64,000 nt of DNA from assembly GCF_006345805.1 (NCBI RefSeq), contig NC_043017.1, forward strand, positions 29,884,001 through 29,948,000, in the 5' to 3' direction. Each line of letters begins with the position of its first letter. The stretch's first letter is position 1. Source of the DNA: Octopus sinensis (taxonomy: Eukaryota). The notes beneath the pieces are model-generated. The model made no database searches. It was not told the DNA's origin and saw nothing but the letters and a program-made list of their open reading frames with translations. Both the position numbers and the translations under genes were made by a program. Positions 26,760 to 39,410 of this stretch are shown in pieces.

Positions 26760-26974
26760 ATAAAACACACATACACGTATTTATATATATATAATATATA
26801 TATATATATACATACATTTATATATATACATACATATATACGTACATACATATATATATACATACATATATTATATATACATACATATATACATACATAT
26901 ATATATACATACATATATATATACATACATATATATACATAATATATATATATACATACATATATATATAATAC

Positions 26975-27005
<31 letters not shown>

Positions 27006-27035
27006 CATACAATATATATATATATACATACATAT

Positions 27036-27072
<37 letters not shown>

Positions 27073-27213
27073 ACATACATATATATATATACATACATAC
27101 ATATATATACTACATACATATATATATATATATACATACATATAATATATATATATATACATACATACATATATACATACAGACATACATACATATATAC
27201 ATACAGACATATA

Positions 27214-27254
<41 letters not shown>

Positions 27255-27275
27255 ATACATATATATATCTACATA
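26760..27275. repeat. Compound (TA)/(TACA) microsatellite
   Basis: Visible directly. Confidence 0.95.
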
Positions 27276-27662
27276 CGTGTATGTTGTTGGCATCCTTATT
27301 GTCTCGGTAGACAATGGATTTGCGAATAAAATAATCTAGTCCGGCTTTCGTATTAATTGTACAATTCTATGCACGCTACTCGTGTTTTCTTTTTCAGCAA
27401 TTTAATGATATAATATTGAAATTCAGACGTGAAAGTAGTGCTTCTGAAAAGTTTTTCAGTTAGGCCCACAACTATTCAGACATTCTTATCATTACTATTG
27501 CCTCTAAAATCTCATATTGTCATGTACCTATACCAAAATAGGTTGGGTGTCAGTTTGGTGAATTTCTCTGCAATTGATTTAGAGTGTCACCCAAAGTTGT
27601 GATCGATAATAGTCATTCATTTCATTATTTACATCAAAAATAAAGAAACAATACGAGAGAGA

Positions 27663-27719
<57 letters not shown>

Positions 27720-28249
27720 ATATATAATATATATATATATATGTATGTATGTATATTGGAGGATAATATAACACGAGGGCGGAGATGAAGGATAAGATTG
27801 TATAATAGGAGATCACAACACTCGTTCCTGCACTGCGCACCATCGTTTTAGCAACTGAGGTTTTATTCCGCATGTGTATCTAGCTCTGGAACATACCCTA
27901 GTGTAGGACATCAAGCGTAGCCAAATAACGGTGTAAGAGCTCTTATAAGTATGTTACGAGCTTTTGTCTCGAATTTCACTAAATATATGTGTGTTAGCAT
28001 GTGTGCGGACTTGTGTGTTTGCGTGTATGTGTGTGTCTGTGAGTCAGTCTCTTGTTACGTTAGACTTTCGTCTATTTACTCATAGGTCCATAATTTGCCT
28101 GATGACACTTCGAGAACAGATGCGAAACTCTGCCGTATATAGAGTCTGACTCAATCAAAATAAATATATTTCTAATCTCTCCAAGCTTGCCTTGTACACT
28201 TTCTCCTCCCCCATTACTTTCAAAACTAAAGGTATATATGTATATGTAA

Positions 28250-28687
28250 TCTTTATCTTTTTATCTTTATCTTTTATCTTTATCTTTTACTTGTTTCAGT
28301 CATTTGACTGCGGCCATGCTGGAGCACCGCCTTTAGTCGAGCAAATCGACCCCGGGACTTATTCTTTGTAAGCCCAGTACTTATTCTATCGGTCTCTTTT
28401 GCCGAACCGCTAAGTGACGGGGACGTAAACACACCAGCATCGGTTGTCAAGCAATGCTAGGGGGACAAAGACACAAACACACACACATACACACATACAC
28501 ATACATATATATATACATATATACGATAGGCTTCTTTCAGTTTCCGTCTACCAAATCCACTCACAAGGCATTGGTCGGCCCGGGGCTATAGCAGAAGACA
28601 CTTGCCCAAGATGCCACGCAGTGGGACTGAACCCGGAGCCATGTGGTTGGTTAGCAAGCTACTTACCACATAGCCGCTCCTGCGCCT
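28250..28687 (-). mobile_element. SINE-A, full length
   Basis: Minus strand: aggcgcagga..tgtggtaagtagc...ggttccgggttcagtccc head, body ending cctatcgtat, internal (TA/TG)n, tail module ...gctccagcatggccgcagtcaaatgactgaaac, terminal AAAGAT-type repeats. Confidence 0.93.
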
Positions 28688-30296
28688 ATATAAATAATAA
28701 TAAAATATATTCATAGTTAGTTATTTTACTCAAGTTTAGCAATATATGTTCCAACACGATATCATTTGGAATGTTTTGTCAATCGTAAACATTAATTCAG
28801 TAAGCAAACATTATTCTATCCGCAAATACACACGTACTTATACGCTTGCCCCAGAAAGAATAGTTTCCAAATAGTTATTTAATTCTTTAAAACAAAATTC
28901 GAGACATTTGATTGAATAAAGTTTCAGTGATGACAAAGAGACTAATATTTAGTGACTATATAACTAACAGCAACTGGTTTACAGAATACGTATGCTGAAA
29001 TAAATTTTATATGCGTAATTATTTCCTCATTGAATGAAATTTATACTGAATACTAATATTTACATAAACAGTATTAAACATTAATTAATGCATTTGTTTT
29101 CCCCATTCGTGTTGTTGTTTTAAAATTTTCTCTTTAGAATTTCAAAGTCCACATCAAATTTCAAAACACTCAAATTCTCTGAAAGCAATTTCGTAGCTTC
29201 TAACATGATTTTAGTTCATTGCTTATAAAAACAAATTTTATGAGTTGCTTTATTATTATTATTATTATTATTATTATCATCATCATTATTATTATCGTTT
29301 TCCGTATTATTATTTAATATTATTATTATTATTATTATCATTCTTATTATTATTCTACATTTTCTGCATTGTCAGTGAATTAAATGCAGTTGCAATTTAA
29401 AGTGTCTTTCAAAACATAGAAAATCGGACAATATCAAAATACCACTTCGTTGCACAATGTGTGTAAGCACGCAATTACATATATACGTCCATAGTCAATA
29501 TTAATTTAAACATGCCAGATGAGCCGTGCTAGGATTTGTGAAAGAGAACATTTACATTTAAAAATTAGTTTAGTTAGTGCCAGAATTTCCACCTTCGTGT
29601 GCTCATCATGAATGAAATTAAATTAAATTAAATAATCCTTTGACGTTTTCCTAAATTTATTTCCTTACAAATAATGTTGTTTTTTTTAAAATTTAAAACA
29701 GCATTTGTTTATTTTACACACGTTTTTTTTTTCCTTTCTTTATTTCCTAAATATCAGCTCTGAATTTTAGATTTAAAAATTAGTTTATTTGCTTGTAGAG
29801 AATACGTGACAAAATTAGTCTACTGAATGTGGTGAATAAGTTCACTTCGAAAGCATGTAGTTTTGAATTCTGCCATTGTGCCTTCATTTGAACTGAATGA
29901 AATGCATTAAGGGAATCGATGTAGAGCCTCATCGATTATATATATATATATTTGTGTGTGTGTGTGTGTGTGTGTGTTTGAGAGATCGATAAGAAACAGA
30001 AAATTATATAGTGGAAGTAAGATGACAAAATAAAACAATAAGTCATTGGTTAGATCCATGTGCAATTTCTTGATGTTGTTTTCGATATTAGCCACAGGGT
30101 GGACCTAAATTGAATTCGTTGCCCGATTTTCAAGAGCATTCCACCATATTAGGGTACTTTGTATTGTATATAGTATTGTATTATATTTTGTACTTAACAT
30201 AACATGATGCAATATGAGGAATATTGTGTTATTTATTTCCCTAGAAGGTAGAAATATTTCTTATATTATCACATTGTTTACCTATGTGTGTTTATG

Positions 30297-30351
<55 letters not shown>

Positions 30352-31689
30352 GCAAGAGAACATAGTAAGGGTGTGAAAACGAAATAACTATGACTTTATC
30401 CGATGTGATAATTCGCGCTTTATTGAGTACATTTTAGTTGTAGTTTCATGAGCGCATGGCAAAAGCATACGATACATGAAAAAGATATCGTTAGTTCTTT
30501 TGTGGGGAAAAAAGTCAAGTTATCATCTTCAATGTGAAATAAATTCGCTTCTGTAAGCCTAATGAGTTACTCACTAATTCTTCAAATGCATTCTGCGTGT
30601 AGCATATTACACCAGGTATTTTACGTAAGGAATATATGCAATGCATTGATTTTTGCCTCAGAAACATACCATGCAGCCGAAGAATCTAAGTGGCACTTGA
30701 ATATTCTGAGTCTCAGTAAAAGCATTTAAAGCACCATTAAAAACATTATTTACATTGATATTAAATCGACAGGGAGATAAATCCATATATGAAATTTTTG
30801 ATTCATGGTTACGGAGCAAAACTATTATATTCCTATCGAAATTGAAAATAAATTCCAATTTGACATACGTTATAGGAATCTTGCTCTCAAGAGACATATT
30901 TCTTGCGAACATCATTAGCTGTTTTGAGAATGTAATTGCCGATGAAAATGTACATTTTTTTAAAGTTATATAAAATAATTTTATCTAAAAATTAAAAGCC
31001 AAAAGTATGTTTTTTCCCTTCATTTATTTCGAAAGATTTAATAGAAGATAAAATATATTTATTCCTTGTATTTAGAGTATCTATTTAAACCAGTATTTCT
31101 ATGCTTGTCATTTTGCGTTTTGGGAAGAGAGCAATTCAAGCATTAATTTGTATATTCATGATCATATATGATAGAAATGTGTCTTTAAGCGACATTTATT
31201 CCAAATTTAATAATTGACGTAGAAAGAAAGAAATCCTGATGTAAGCAGAAATGTGAAAACAGAAGCATTCTTTGCTTGCGGTAGTTGATCGATATAGTGT
31301 CTGAAACTTAACTCAATGAATGATGAAAGCGAGTTGATTCTATGTTACACTGATATTACCAATTATTTATACAGAAATACAAAATGTCGGATATAAAGTG
31401 TTGATTTTTACCATAAGAACACTAATAGTGTTAGCTTAAAGAGTAACATAATGTAATAATGTAGTCGACATTACGCCATTAGTCTCGAAAAAAAAAAGAG
31501 TAGAGAAATGTGCAAAGCAAATATATCAGAATATCAGAATACAGAAATAATAATAATAATAAATATATAAACCTCCATATCCACTGAGAATATTACATGA
31601 CATCACAAGGAATATTAACGGTGTCTTCAAGTATAATGATTACATGATTACATAACAGTAGAGACATTCACATCGAAGCTGATGATAAC

Positions 31690-31915
31690 GATCTTGTTGC
31701 TGTTGGCAACGGCGAGGATGGTGAAGATGACGACGACGACGATGATTATGGTGAGAACAAAAGGCGGCGGCGACGCCGACGATAACGATTACGAAGACGG
31801 CGACTCCAACGACGACGATGATGATGGCGGCGGCGGTGAAAAGGATGATGATGGCGGTGGCGGCGAAACGGATGATGATGATGCTGATAATGAGAACGAT
31901 GATGGATTGTATCAC
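31690..31915. repeat. GC-rich (GAC/GAT/GGC) trinucleotide low-complexity tract
   Basis: Visible directly. Confidence 0.85.
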
Positions 31916-32239
31916 TAATCATTCCTGGGAAACCGGTAGCGTTTAGGATGTCATTTACTCAAAAGGAAATCGATGATAGCCTGCTACACCAGAAACGCTT
32001 TGTGTATTTCACTTTTAGCTATTTCCGAAATCGATCCACAACCCAGCTTCCACCTCTTCCTCCTCCGTCTTACCCTCTTCCTTTCTTCCTGTATCACTCC
32101 CATTCTAGCTTTTACGCTGAAACATAGCTTAGAACTATCACTGATGAACCGAGCATCAACTTGAATAATAATTTTTACCAATTTCCATACCTCATCTTTC
32201 CGTTTCCATTTTCTACTTGGATTCTTCCCCTTTAACATC

Positions 32240-32382
32240 AACACTATCATTACATTATTATCATTACTTTTTATTATTATTATTATTACTTATTATTATT
32301 ATTATTATATTATTATTATTATTACTTATTATTATTATTATTATTACTTTTTATTATTATTATTATTATTACTTTTTATTAC

Positions 32383-32413
<31 letters not shown>

Positions 32414-32477
32414 TTTTTATTATTATTATTATTATTATTTATTACTTTTTATTATTATTATTATTATTATTTATTAC

Positions 32478-32509
<32 letters not shown>

Positions 32510-32535
32510 TCCATCATCATTATCATCATTTGGAG
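32240..32535. repeat. (ATT)n microsatellite with periodic acttttt interruptions
   Basis: Higher-order interruption repeated about 6 times. Confidence 0.9.
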
Positions 32536-33032
32536 CATCATCATTATCATCATAGCTATTGTTATTCTCTACGTTCTCCTCCTCTCCTCTTTCCTTTTTT
32601 TTTTACTTCTAAGTATTCTCTTGTTGTTGTTGTTGAGGTTGTTTTTGTTTCTGTTAATATTGATGTCAATTTTATGTTCTATAAATGATGAAAACCTAAC
32701 GATTATATTATAGTATGAAAAAAAAAAAGAGAGAGAGAAGATATCAAAAATAATACTACTACCCTAACCTAATATCTATATTATGAGAGAGAAAACGTTT
32801 CCTAAAGAATAGCATATCTTTTCAAGAAAGAAAACCAAAATAAAGATACTGAAAGGGATTGATGAAAAACCGTGAAAAAAAAAGGGGGAAAAAACTAATT
32901 CTCAAACACAACAAAGTCAGAAATAACGATAAATAAAGAAAAAATTCTCTTCAGATTAAATTTCAAATTTCCGGGAAGATACAAGCATAAATGATTCCCT
33001 TCAGTGATTCAACAACCACTTACAAGTTTGTA

Positions 33033-33063
<31 letters not shown>

Positions 33064-33429
33064 CACCACGACCATCAACAACACCAATAGCACCACTATC
33101 ATGATGAGGATCATCATCATAATTATCATTAACATCATCATCATTATTATCATTATTATTATATGTTGCTGTGAAGAGATATGTATTCACTTTGCTCGGA
33201 GTAGTTTCACTGTATTTCCTTCCTTTTTTTTTACTTTTACATAAGCACACGTGAAGAAAACTCAGTAATGTATTTCCTTCTTTCTATTTCTTTATTTCGA
33301 CGTAATTTTATTTTTCTGTTCCTGTCGGAATAAAGCGGTGGCAGTAAAAACTCAAACTAAAGTGAAAAATGAAGAAAACTGATTCGAGTTTATACTGAAT
33401 ACGTGTGTGTGGTTGTATATCTAAAGGTG

Positions 33430-33690
33430 TGTGTATATATACATACATATATATATGCTTACATATATATACATACATGTATATACATACATATATATAT
33501 ATATATGCTTACATTTATATACATACATGCATATACATACATATATATATATATACATACATATATATATATATACATACATATATATACACATACATAT
33601 ATATATATATACATACATATATATACACATACATATACACATACATATATGTATATATACACATACATGTACCTATATATTATATACATA

Positions 33691-33721
<31 letters not shown>

Positions 33722-33754
33722 ATATATATATATATGTATATATACACATACATA

Positions 33755-33795
<41 letters not shown>
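33430..33795. repeat. Compound (TA)/(TACA) microsatellite
   Basis: Visible directly. Confidence 0.95.
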
Positions 33796-33796
<1 letters not shown>

Positions 33797-34100
33797 TTGC
33801 GTCAGAAATTAATTAGCACTTCTCAAATTTCTACATTAAATAGGTTAAATCAATTAACCTATGAGCTGTTCAAAACGTCTTATGCGATGAGAAAACTTAG
33901 TATGGTGTGATTTCGGTCCTTGCGAGGCGCTACCTATATCTATTAAACCAAGGAAGATTTGTCTGCATCCGCACTCCAAGTTGTTGTTGCACTGCTATGT
34001 CAACATCATAAGGCTGTAGACTATCAAACTGCTCTGCAAACAAAGTTACGTCATCGTTCTGCGCAACAGTGAACTCGCAACAAAGCAATAGTTCGAGATA

Positions 34101-34119
34101 TGGCCACTAGGTGACAGCA
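34101..34119 (+). promoter_or_regulatory. CTCF-like motif
   Basis: TGGCCACTAGGTGACAGCA; 14/15 match to CCASYAGRKGGCRSY, in non-repetitive sequence. Confidence 0.35.
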
Positions 34120-34391
34120 CATACCCTGAGTGAAGAGCAAATCAAGGGTGCTAATTAATTTCTGACGGTAGTGTATATGTATATTTATATATGTATGTTT
34201 GTATGTGTGTTGATTTATCGTGTTACTGTCTAAGCTGAAACCTGATCGAAACCCTGTGAAATTTGATTTTTCTACTGGTGAATTTAAGATAGATAATTGT
34301 GGCCTTTAGGCAAAAGAATAATTAGTTTTACTGCCCAACAACACAATTTGTCCAGAATATGTTTTGCGGAAACAGTTATATTCACATAATA

Positions 34392-34603
34392 TTTTCAAAT
34401 TTAGACACAAACCAAGCAATTTTGTGGTGGGAGTAATTCGATTGCATCGACCCTAGGGCCCAACTGGTAGTTATTTTAATGACCCCGAAAGGATGAAAGG
34501 CAAAGTCGACCTCGGCGAAATTTGAACTCAGAACGTGAAAACGGACGAAATGCCGCTAAGCATTTCACCCAATGTGCTAACGATTCTGCCAGATCGCCGC
34601 CTT
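34392..34603 (-). mobile_element. SINE-B, full length
   Basis: ...gaccccgaaaggatgaaaggcaaagtcgacctcggcgaaatttgaactcagaacg...gctaacgattctgccagatcgccgcctt. Confidence 0.92.
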
Positions 34604-35469
34604 AGTTACAGTCAGATAATAATTTATTGTTTGTAATATTTCGAGCACCGGAATTGAACAGGAAACCAAGTGATCTCAAGAGCAAGCAATAATCTATATG
34701 GCACGGAGAACAACACAAAATTAGATATCATAAAATCTAATATGTAGATTATATTCGATTAAAGATTTGTATCGAAAGGAAAAGTGCTGTGCATGAATAT
34801 ATGTACAAATATACACATGCATATGTAAATACAGATCAGGTGCTACTGCATACATACGAGTGAACAAACGCATATACGTTTATGTTCATATATATATGAG
34901 CTTAATGAGGTACCTTATGGTTATCATATGTAATTGGAGTTATATGAGTGAGTAACTTATTGAGAGATAGAAGGACAACAAAACATGAGGCAAAAAATTA
35001 AGATGAAAGGAAGATTTATCTGGAAATTATTATCTAACAGCTTTTAAAATGATGAATGTAAAGAAAACGATGTAAGTGGAATATGCGATAAATATTTATT
35101 TAGATAGTATGTACACTAGATCGATAAATATTCTGATTTTTATTGAGCTGATGCTGGGTAAGTCTTTGTATAGGAGTATATACATTCGATCAGATCGATC
35201 GCATTGTATCACTGATAATTTATCGAATATTGGTAAATATTATTATACATATAAAAAGAAGCATATTCAAAGTCGACGATATTGGAATTCCCTACATAAT
35301 GGTAGACAACTAAATGCTGCGTTGCATGGAGTCCGATGCTCGACTCTGAGAGATTCACCGAACAGAATGCTAATGATACGCGTGTATGTGTATAAAGAGA
35401 GAGAGAAAGTGAGAGAGAAACAAATGAAGTGAGAGATATAATGATCGATGTACATGAGAATACATATAC

Positions 35470-35846
35470 TCTTTTACTTGTTTCAGTCATTTGACAGCGG
35501 CCATCCTGGAGCACCGCCTTTAGTCGACCAAATCGACCCCAGGACATATTCTTTGTAAGCCTAGTATGTATTCTATCGGTCTCTTTTGCCAAACCGCTAA
35601 GTTACAGGGACATATAAACACACCAGCATCGGTTGTCAAGCGATGTTGGGGGGGTGCAAACACAGACACACAAACACATATATATACATATATACGACGG
35701 GATTCTTTCAGTTTCCGTCTACCAAATCCACTCACAAGGCTTTGGTCGGCCCGAGGCTATAGTAGAAGACACTTGCCCAAGGTGCCACGCAGTGGGACTG
35801 AACCCGAAACCATGTGGTTGCTAAGCAAGCTACTTACCCCACAGCT
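35470..35846 (-). mobile_element. SINE-A, full length
   Basis: Colinear with 28250-28687 and 42208-42605. Confidence 0.93.
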
Positions 35847-35888
<42 letters not shown>

Positions 35889-36829
35889 GACTATATTTAT
35901 ACATATAATGTATGTGTATATATATATACGAGTATTATCGCTACGTCATGATAATTCGATCCTTAATTCTTAGCGCACAGCTGTTATGTTTCAATACTGT
36001 TCAGCGTCCTCATGTCGCATCTGGAATCTTCAACCTTCATTTCCAACCTGAAGATGCCCAGCCAAAGATGATTCCACTAGTGGCTTTGAAGCATTCAAGA
36101 TTCTATTGCATGCTCTCCCATTCACTCACACACGTGGTTAAAATCAGTATGAGTGTATTTGCCTTACATTCTGTCTGTGTGACCTTGCTTGTAATCAAAT
36201 ACTGAATACATTTTTTCACTTTTAGACGTGTATTGTAAGATAAATACACCGGAGTGTTCGTCCATGAGTAAAAACAAAACATCGGGCGAATGGTTTGCAT
36301 GTTAGAAAGTATTATATGTTATGAAATATATAATTTTAAAACAGATTAAACCTGGATTCGAAACCAGAATGCACAGCAATGACTAAGTAATGCATTGCAT
36401 GTGGCTTGTAGTTGTTTTCAAATGTATATTTCCTCCATATTTCAGCAACTGATGAATTATTAATTAATTAATCAATCTAATTATATCTTACACTTTCCAC
36501 AGCGAATGCAACCGAAATCAGTCATATGCAACTAATTATCCTGTTTAATTAATTTTAAGTTTTATCTTGCCTGCTAAACAATCTGATAAACCATTTCATC
36601 CATATGTGTGTGAAATAAATAGTCAAACATCAAATATTTGTATTTTCTACTTCAGTGTTCATGTGATAACAAGTATCTGTAATTGGGAGCATTAGCTCTG
36701 TTGGCTTGTTAATAGCTTCTGGTGTTTCCACTGATACGATGTTCGATTACCGACACTAAGGTCTTCAGTTCAAGTATTCGGAATATTGTTTTTGTTGTTT
36801 CGCCTAAAGTGTGATTCGTTCGAGCAGAA

Positions 36830-37015
36830 GCTAGAAAAGCCAGCCAGATCTCTTCAAAATTCACACTTTTCTGTTACATAAAAGAAAACAAAACATTTGG
36901 TATCAAGTCATACATATTCCTAAAATACGGAAGGTCAGTGTTTGTATGCTTTTGATCACGGGTCTGGGTTATCTAAATTGACATCAAACTAATCAACAAT
37001 AACAACACCAACTAC
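36830..37015 (+). mobile_element. Family-D 3' part with (CAA)n-like tail
   Basis: gctagaaaagccagccagatctcttcaaaattcacac...ttttgatcacgggtct...caacaataacaacacc. Confidence 0.5.
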
Positions 37016-37084
37016 GACGGTGATGACAACAAGGAGATCATTCCATTTGAATGCATTTCAGCTGTGATATTTAACAGTGTTAGA

Positions 37085-37290
37085 GCAGCAGTGCGCTGAC
37101 AGAAAATTTAGATCATCAGATTAAATTTCATTGCCACGTCTCTTTGTTCCCTTTGAGTTCAAATCCCGGTGAGTTTAAGTTTGACTTCGAACCCTCCAGG
37201 TTTGATAAAATACTATACGAGTCAAGTCTTAGAGTCGATGGTACCGACTAGCGTCTTCTCTTCACAGGTTCTCAAGTGGTGTGATTTCTA
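37085..37290 (+). mobile_element. SINE-B, strongly degenerate
   Basis: ttgagttcaaatcccggtgag...ccctccaggtttgataaaata...gagtcgatggtaccgact. Confidence 0.5.
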
Positions 37291-38092
37291 TCATGAGCTA
37301 AATGCCCACAACCATCTTCCCTGTTGCCTCTATGATTCATCTCATTTATTTTAACAAATGAATCTCTGCCGCATGCCACGAGCAAATTTTCCCTCGGCAA
37401 ATCTTTTTACTGATTTGAAAACCATGTGAGTAGCTGAGAATCCGACAAACACCGAATGTGTTCGTCAGAAACAGTCAACTCATGAATTACAGGTTCAGCC
37501 TCATCACAATGTTTAATAAAGCTGCAACCATAAAATTAATCGTAGAAACAACGCCACTGCATGGCCATATTTTCGGGACGACTCCTCCGCTGCAACAAGG
37601 TACCGGATTCGATCTCATACCTGTCAATTTGGGCAGATGCTTTTACAATAATTACACTAATATACAGGTTTGAAGTGATCTAGGATTATAACCTGAGATC
37701 ACTTCAAAGCTTGACAGACAAATTGGACAGAAACAGAAAGGAATACTATGGGATGGAAATGGAATGTAATTGAAACGTCCAGCCTTGCTACGCTATGTCA
37801 CAACTGCGCATAACCTTGGTTTAAACGTTTGACACGAATCCAAAAGTTTCGATGGTGGGCGGAAGTCGATTTCATTTAATTTAAAGATGACGATATTGAG
37901 ACAAGGTATTTACAATTCCTTTGAAATATGGCAGGCGTAACTGTGTGGTGAGAAGCTTCCTTCGCAACAGGATTGTTCCGAGTTCAGTCCCACTAAGTCG
38001 CACCTTGGGAAAGTGTCTTCTACTATAGCCTCGGGCCTACCAAAGCCTTGTGAGTGGGTTTGGTAGACGGAAACTGAAAGAAGATTGTCGTA

Positions 38093-38300
38093 AAATGTGA
38101 CCGCGTGTTTACTGTTGGCGATTTTTTCCCTCCGTCTTCCCTTCTCTTGATCTTTCCTTTTCCTATGTTTCTGACAAAGAGCTCCGCTCGAAACGTTAAA
38201 CCCTCCTTCTTCCCTTCCTTCCTGAGCGTCTAATAACACTATATTTGTTCCACGTCTTCGCGTTGTTGTGTTTTCTCTTTGTGTTTTCATATTTGGATTA

Positions 38301-38305
<5 letters not shown>
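38093..38305 (+). mobile_element. Penelope-like terminal relic
   Basis: ctgttggcgattttttc...tttctgacaaagagctccgctcgaaacgttaaacc...ctgagcgtc; homologous to the minus strand of 45215-45400. Confidence 0.7.
38167..38201 (+). ncRNA. Minimal type-I hammerhead ribozyme motif (G8A variant)
   Basis: GUUU / CUGAC(A)A / A / GAGC-UCC-GCUC / GAAA / CGUU / AAAC: helix I 4 bp, helix II 4 bp, loop-less palindromic helix III (AACGUU). Confidence 0.65.
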
Positions 38306-38371
<66 letters not shown>

Positions 38372-38381
38372 GTGTGTGTGT

Positions 38382-38428
<47 letters not shown>

Positions 38429-39344
38429 CTGTGTTTGTACCCCCACAATCGCTTGACAACCGATGTTGGTGTGTTTACGGTGCTGTAACTTAACGGTTCC
38501 GCAAAAGATATCGATAGAATAAGTGAGTACTAAGCTTACAACGAATAAGTTCTGGGGTCGATTTATTCGACTAGTTGCGTTGCTCCAGCATGGGCGCAGT
38601 GGAATTTCTGAGATAAGTAAAAGAATAAAAGGGGAAGGCTAATCTAACTGAATTGTAGCAGCTACAGTTTGAATTCGAAATCTTATCCTCACGTGAGCAC
38701 AGCGAGAGATTAATTGTGCTTTTGTAACATATTCAGCGTAGGTAATTTTTTAGGGGCTGCCAAAGAAAAAGTGGGCAGTGCGAACGTTTTGACAATATGG
38801 TAATGGCTACATCCAGTAATCCTTTTTTCATGAAGAGGATTTGAAGGATGTTAATGCAGATGGCAATGCTAATGCAGATGTTGTTACTCAATGATAATAA
38901 CTATGATAATGTTAATAATTCCTGATAATGTTCACAAAAAATGCAGATTTCGTTTGAAATCCCAAATGCGATTTCGTTGCATCAAACGATACGCATCTAA
39001 ATCGGAAATAATTTCAAGTACAAAACAAAAAGAATAATAAGAATAAAATAAAGAAATAGAATCCAAAAATGAAGAAACAGAATTTCGCTTTAATCAGACA
39101 AAATGTAGGATGATTATAACTGAGATGCCTTTAATCATAATGTAAACTCAATCAAGAACTGACCTGGGGTTAAACCATAAAAACAATAACTATAAGACTG
39201 TGCACTTGCATGAAGATAAAGACAAAACGAAATTGTTTAACAAGCGAAATAAGAGGGGGGTGTGAAAAATACGAAAGTGTTGATTACAAATGAATATCCA
39301 CTAAAGATTGTATTTCAGATATCAAAGCAGAAATGTTTTTTATT

Positions 39345-39410
39345 GAATTCAGACATCGGACTGCGGCCATTCTGGAGTACAACCTCAAAAGAGTTTCGTC
39401 GATAATGGAT
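39345..39410 (-). mobile_element. SINE-A-like 3' tail fragment
   Basis: ggactgcggccattctggagtacaacctcaaaagagtttcgtcga resembles gactgcggccatgctggagcaccgcc. Confidence 0.55.

Larger units (their letters stand above)
37930..38630 (+). mobile_element. SINE-A interrupted by a Penelope-like relic
   Basis: Head 37930-38092, foreign insert 38093-38305, microsatellite 38305-38426, tail module 38427-38630. Confidence 0.88.

Noticed and set aside
31682-31918. Acidic Gly/Asp-rich ORF (likewise the Thr/Ser-rich ORF at 50713-51051)
   Set aside because: Low-complexity trinucleotide drift like that seen throughout the window; no splice signals or domain.
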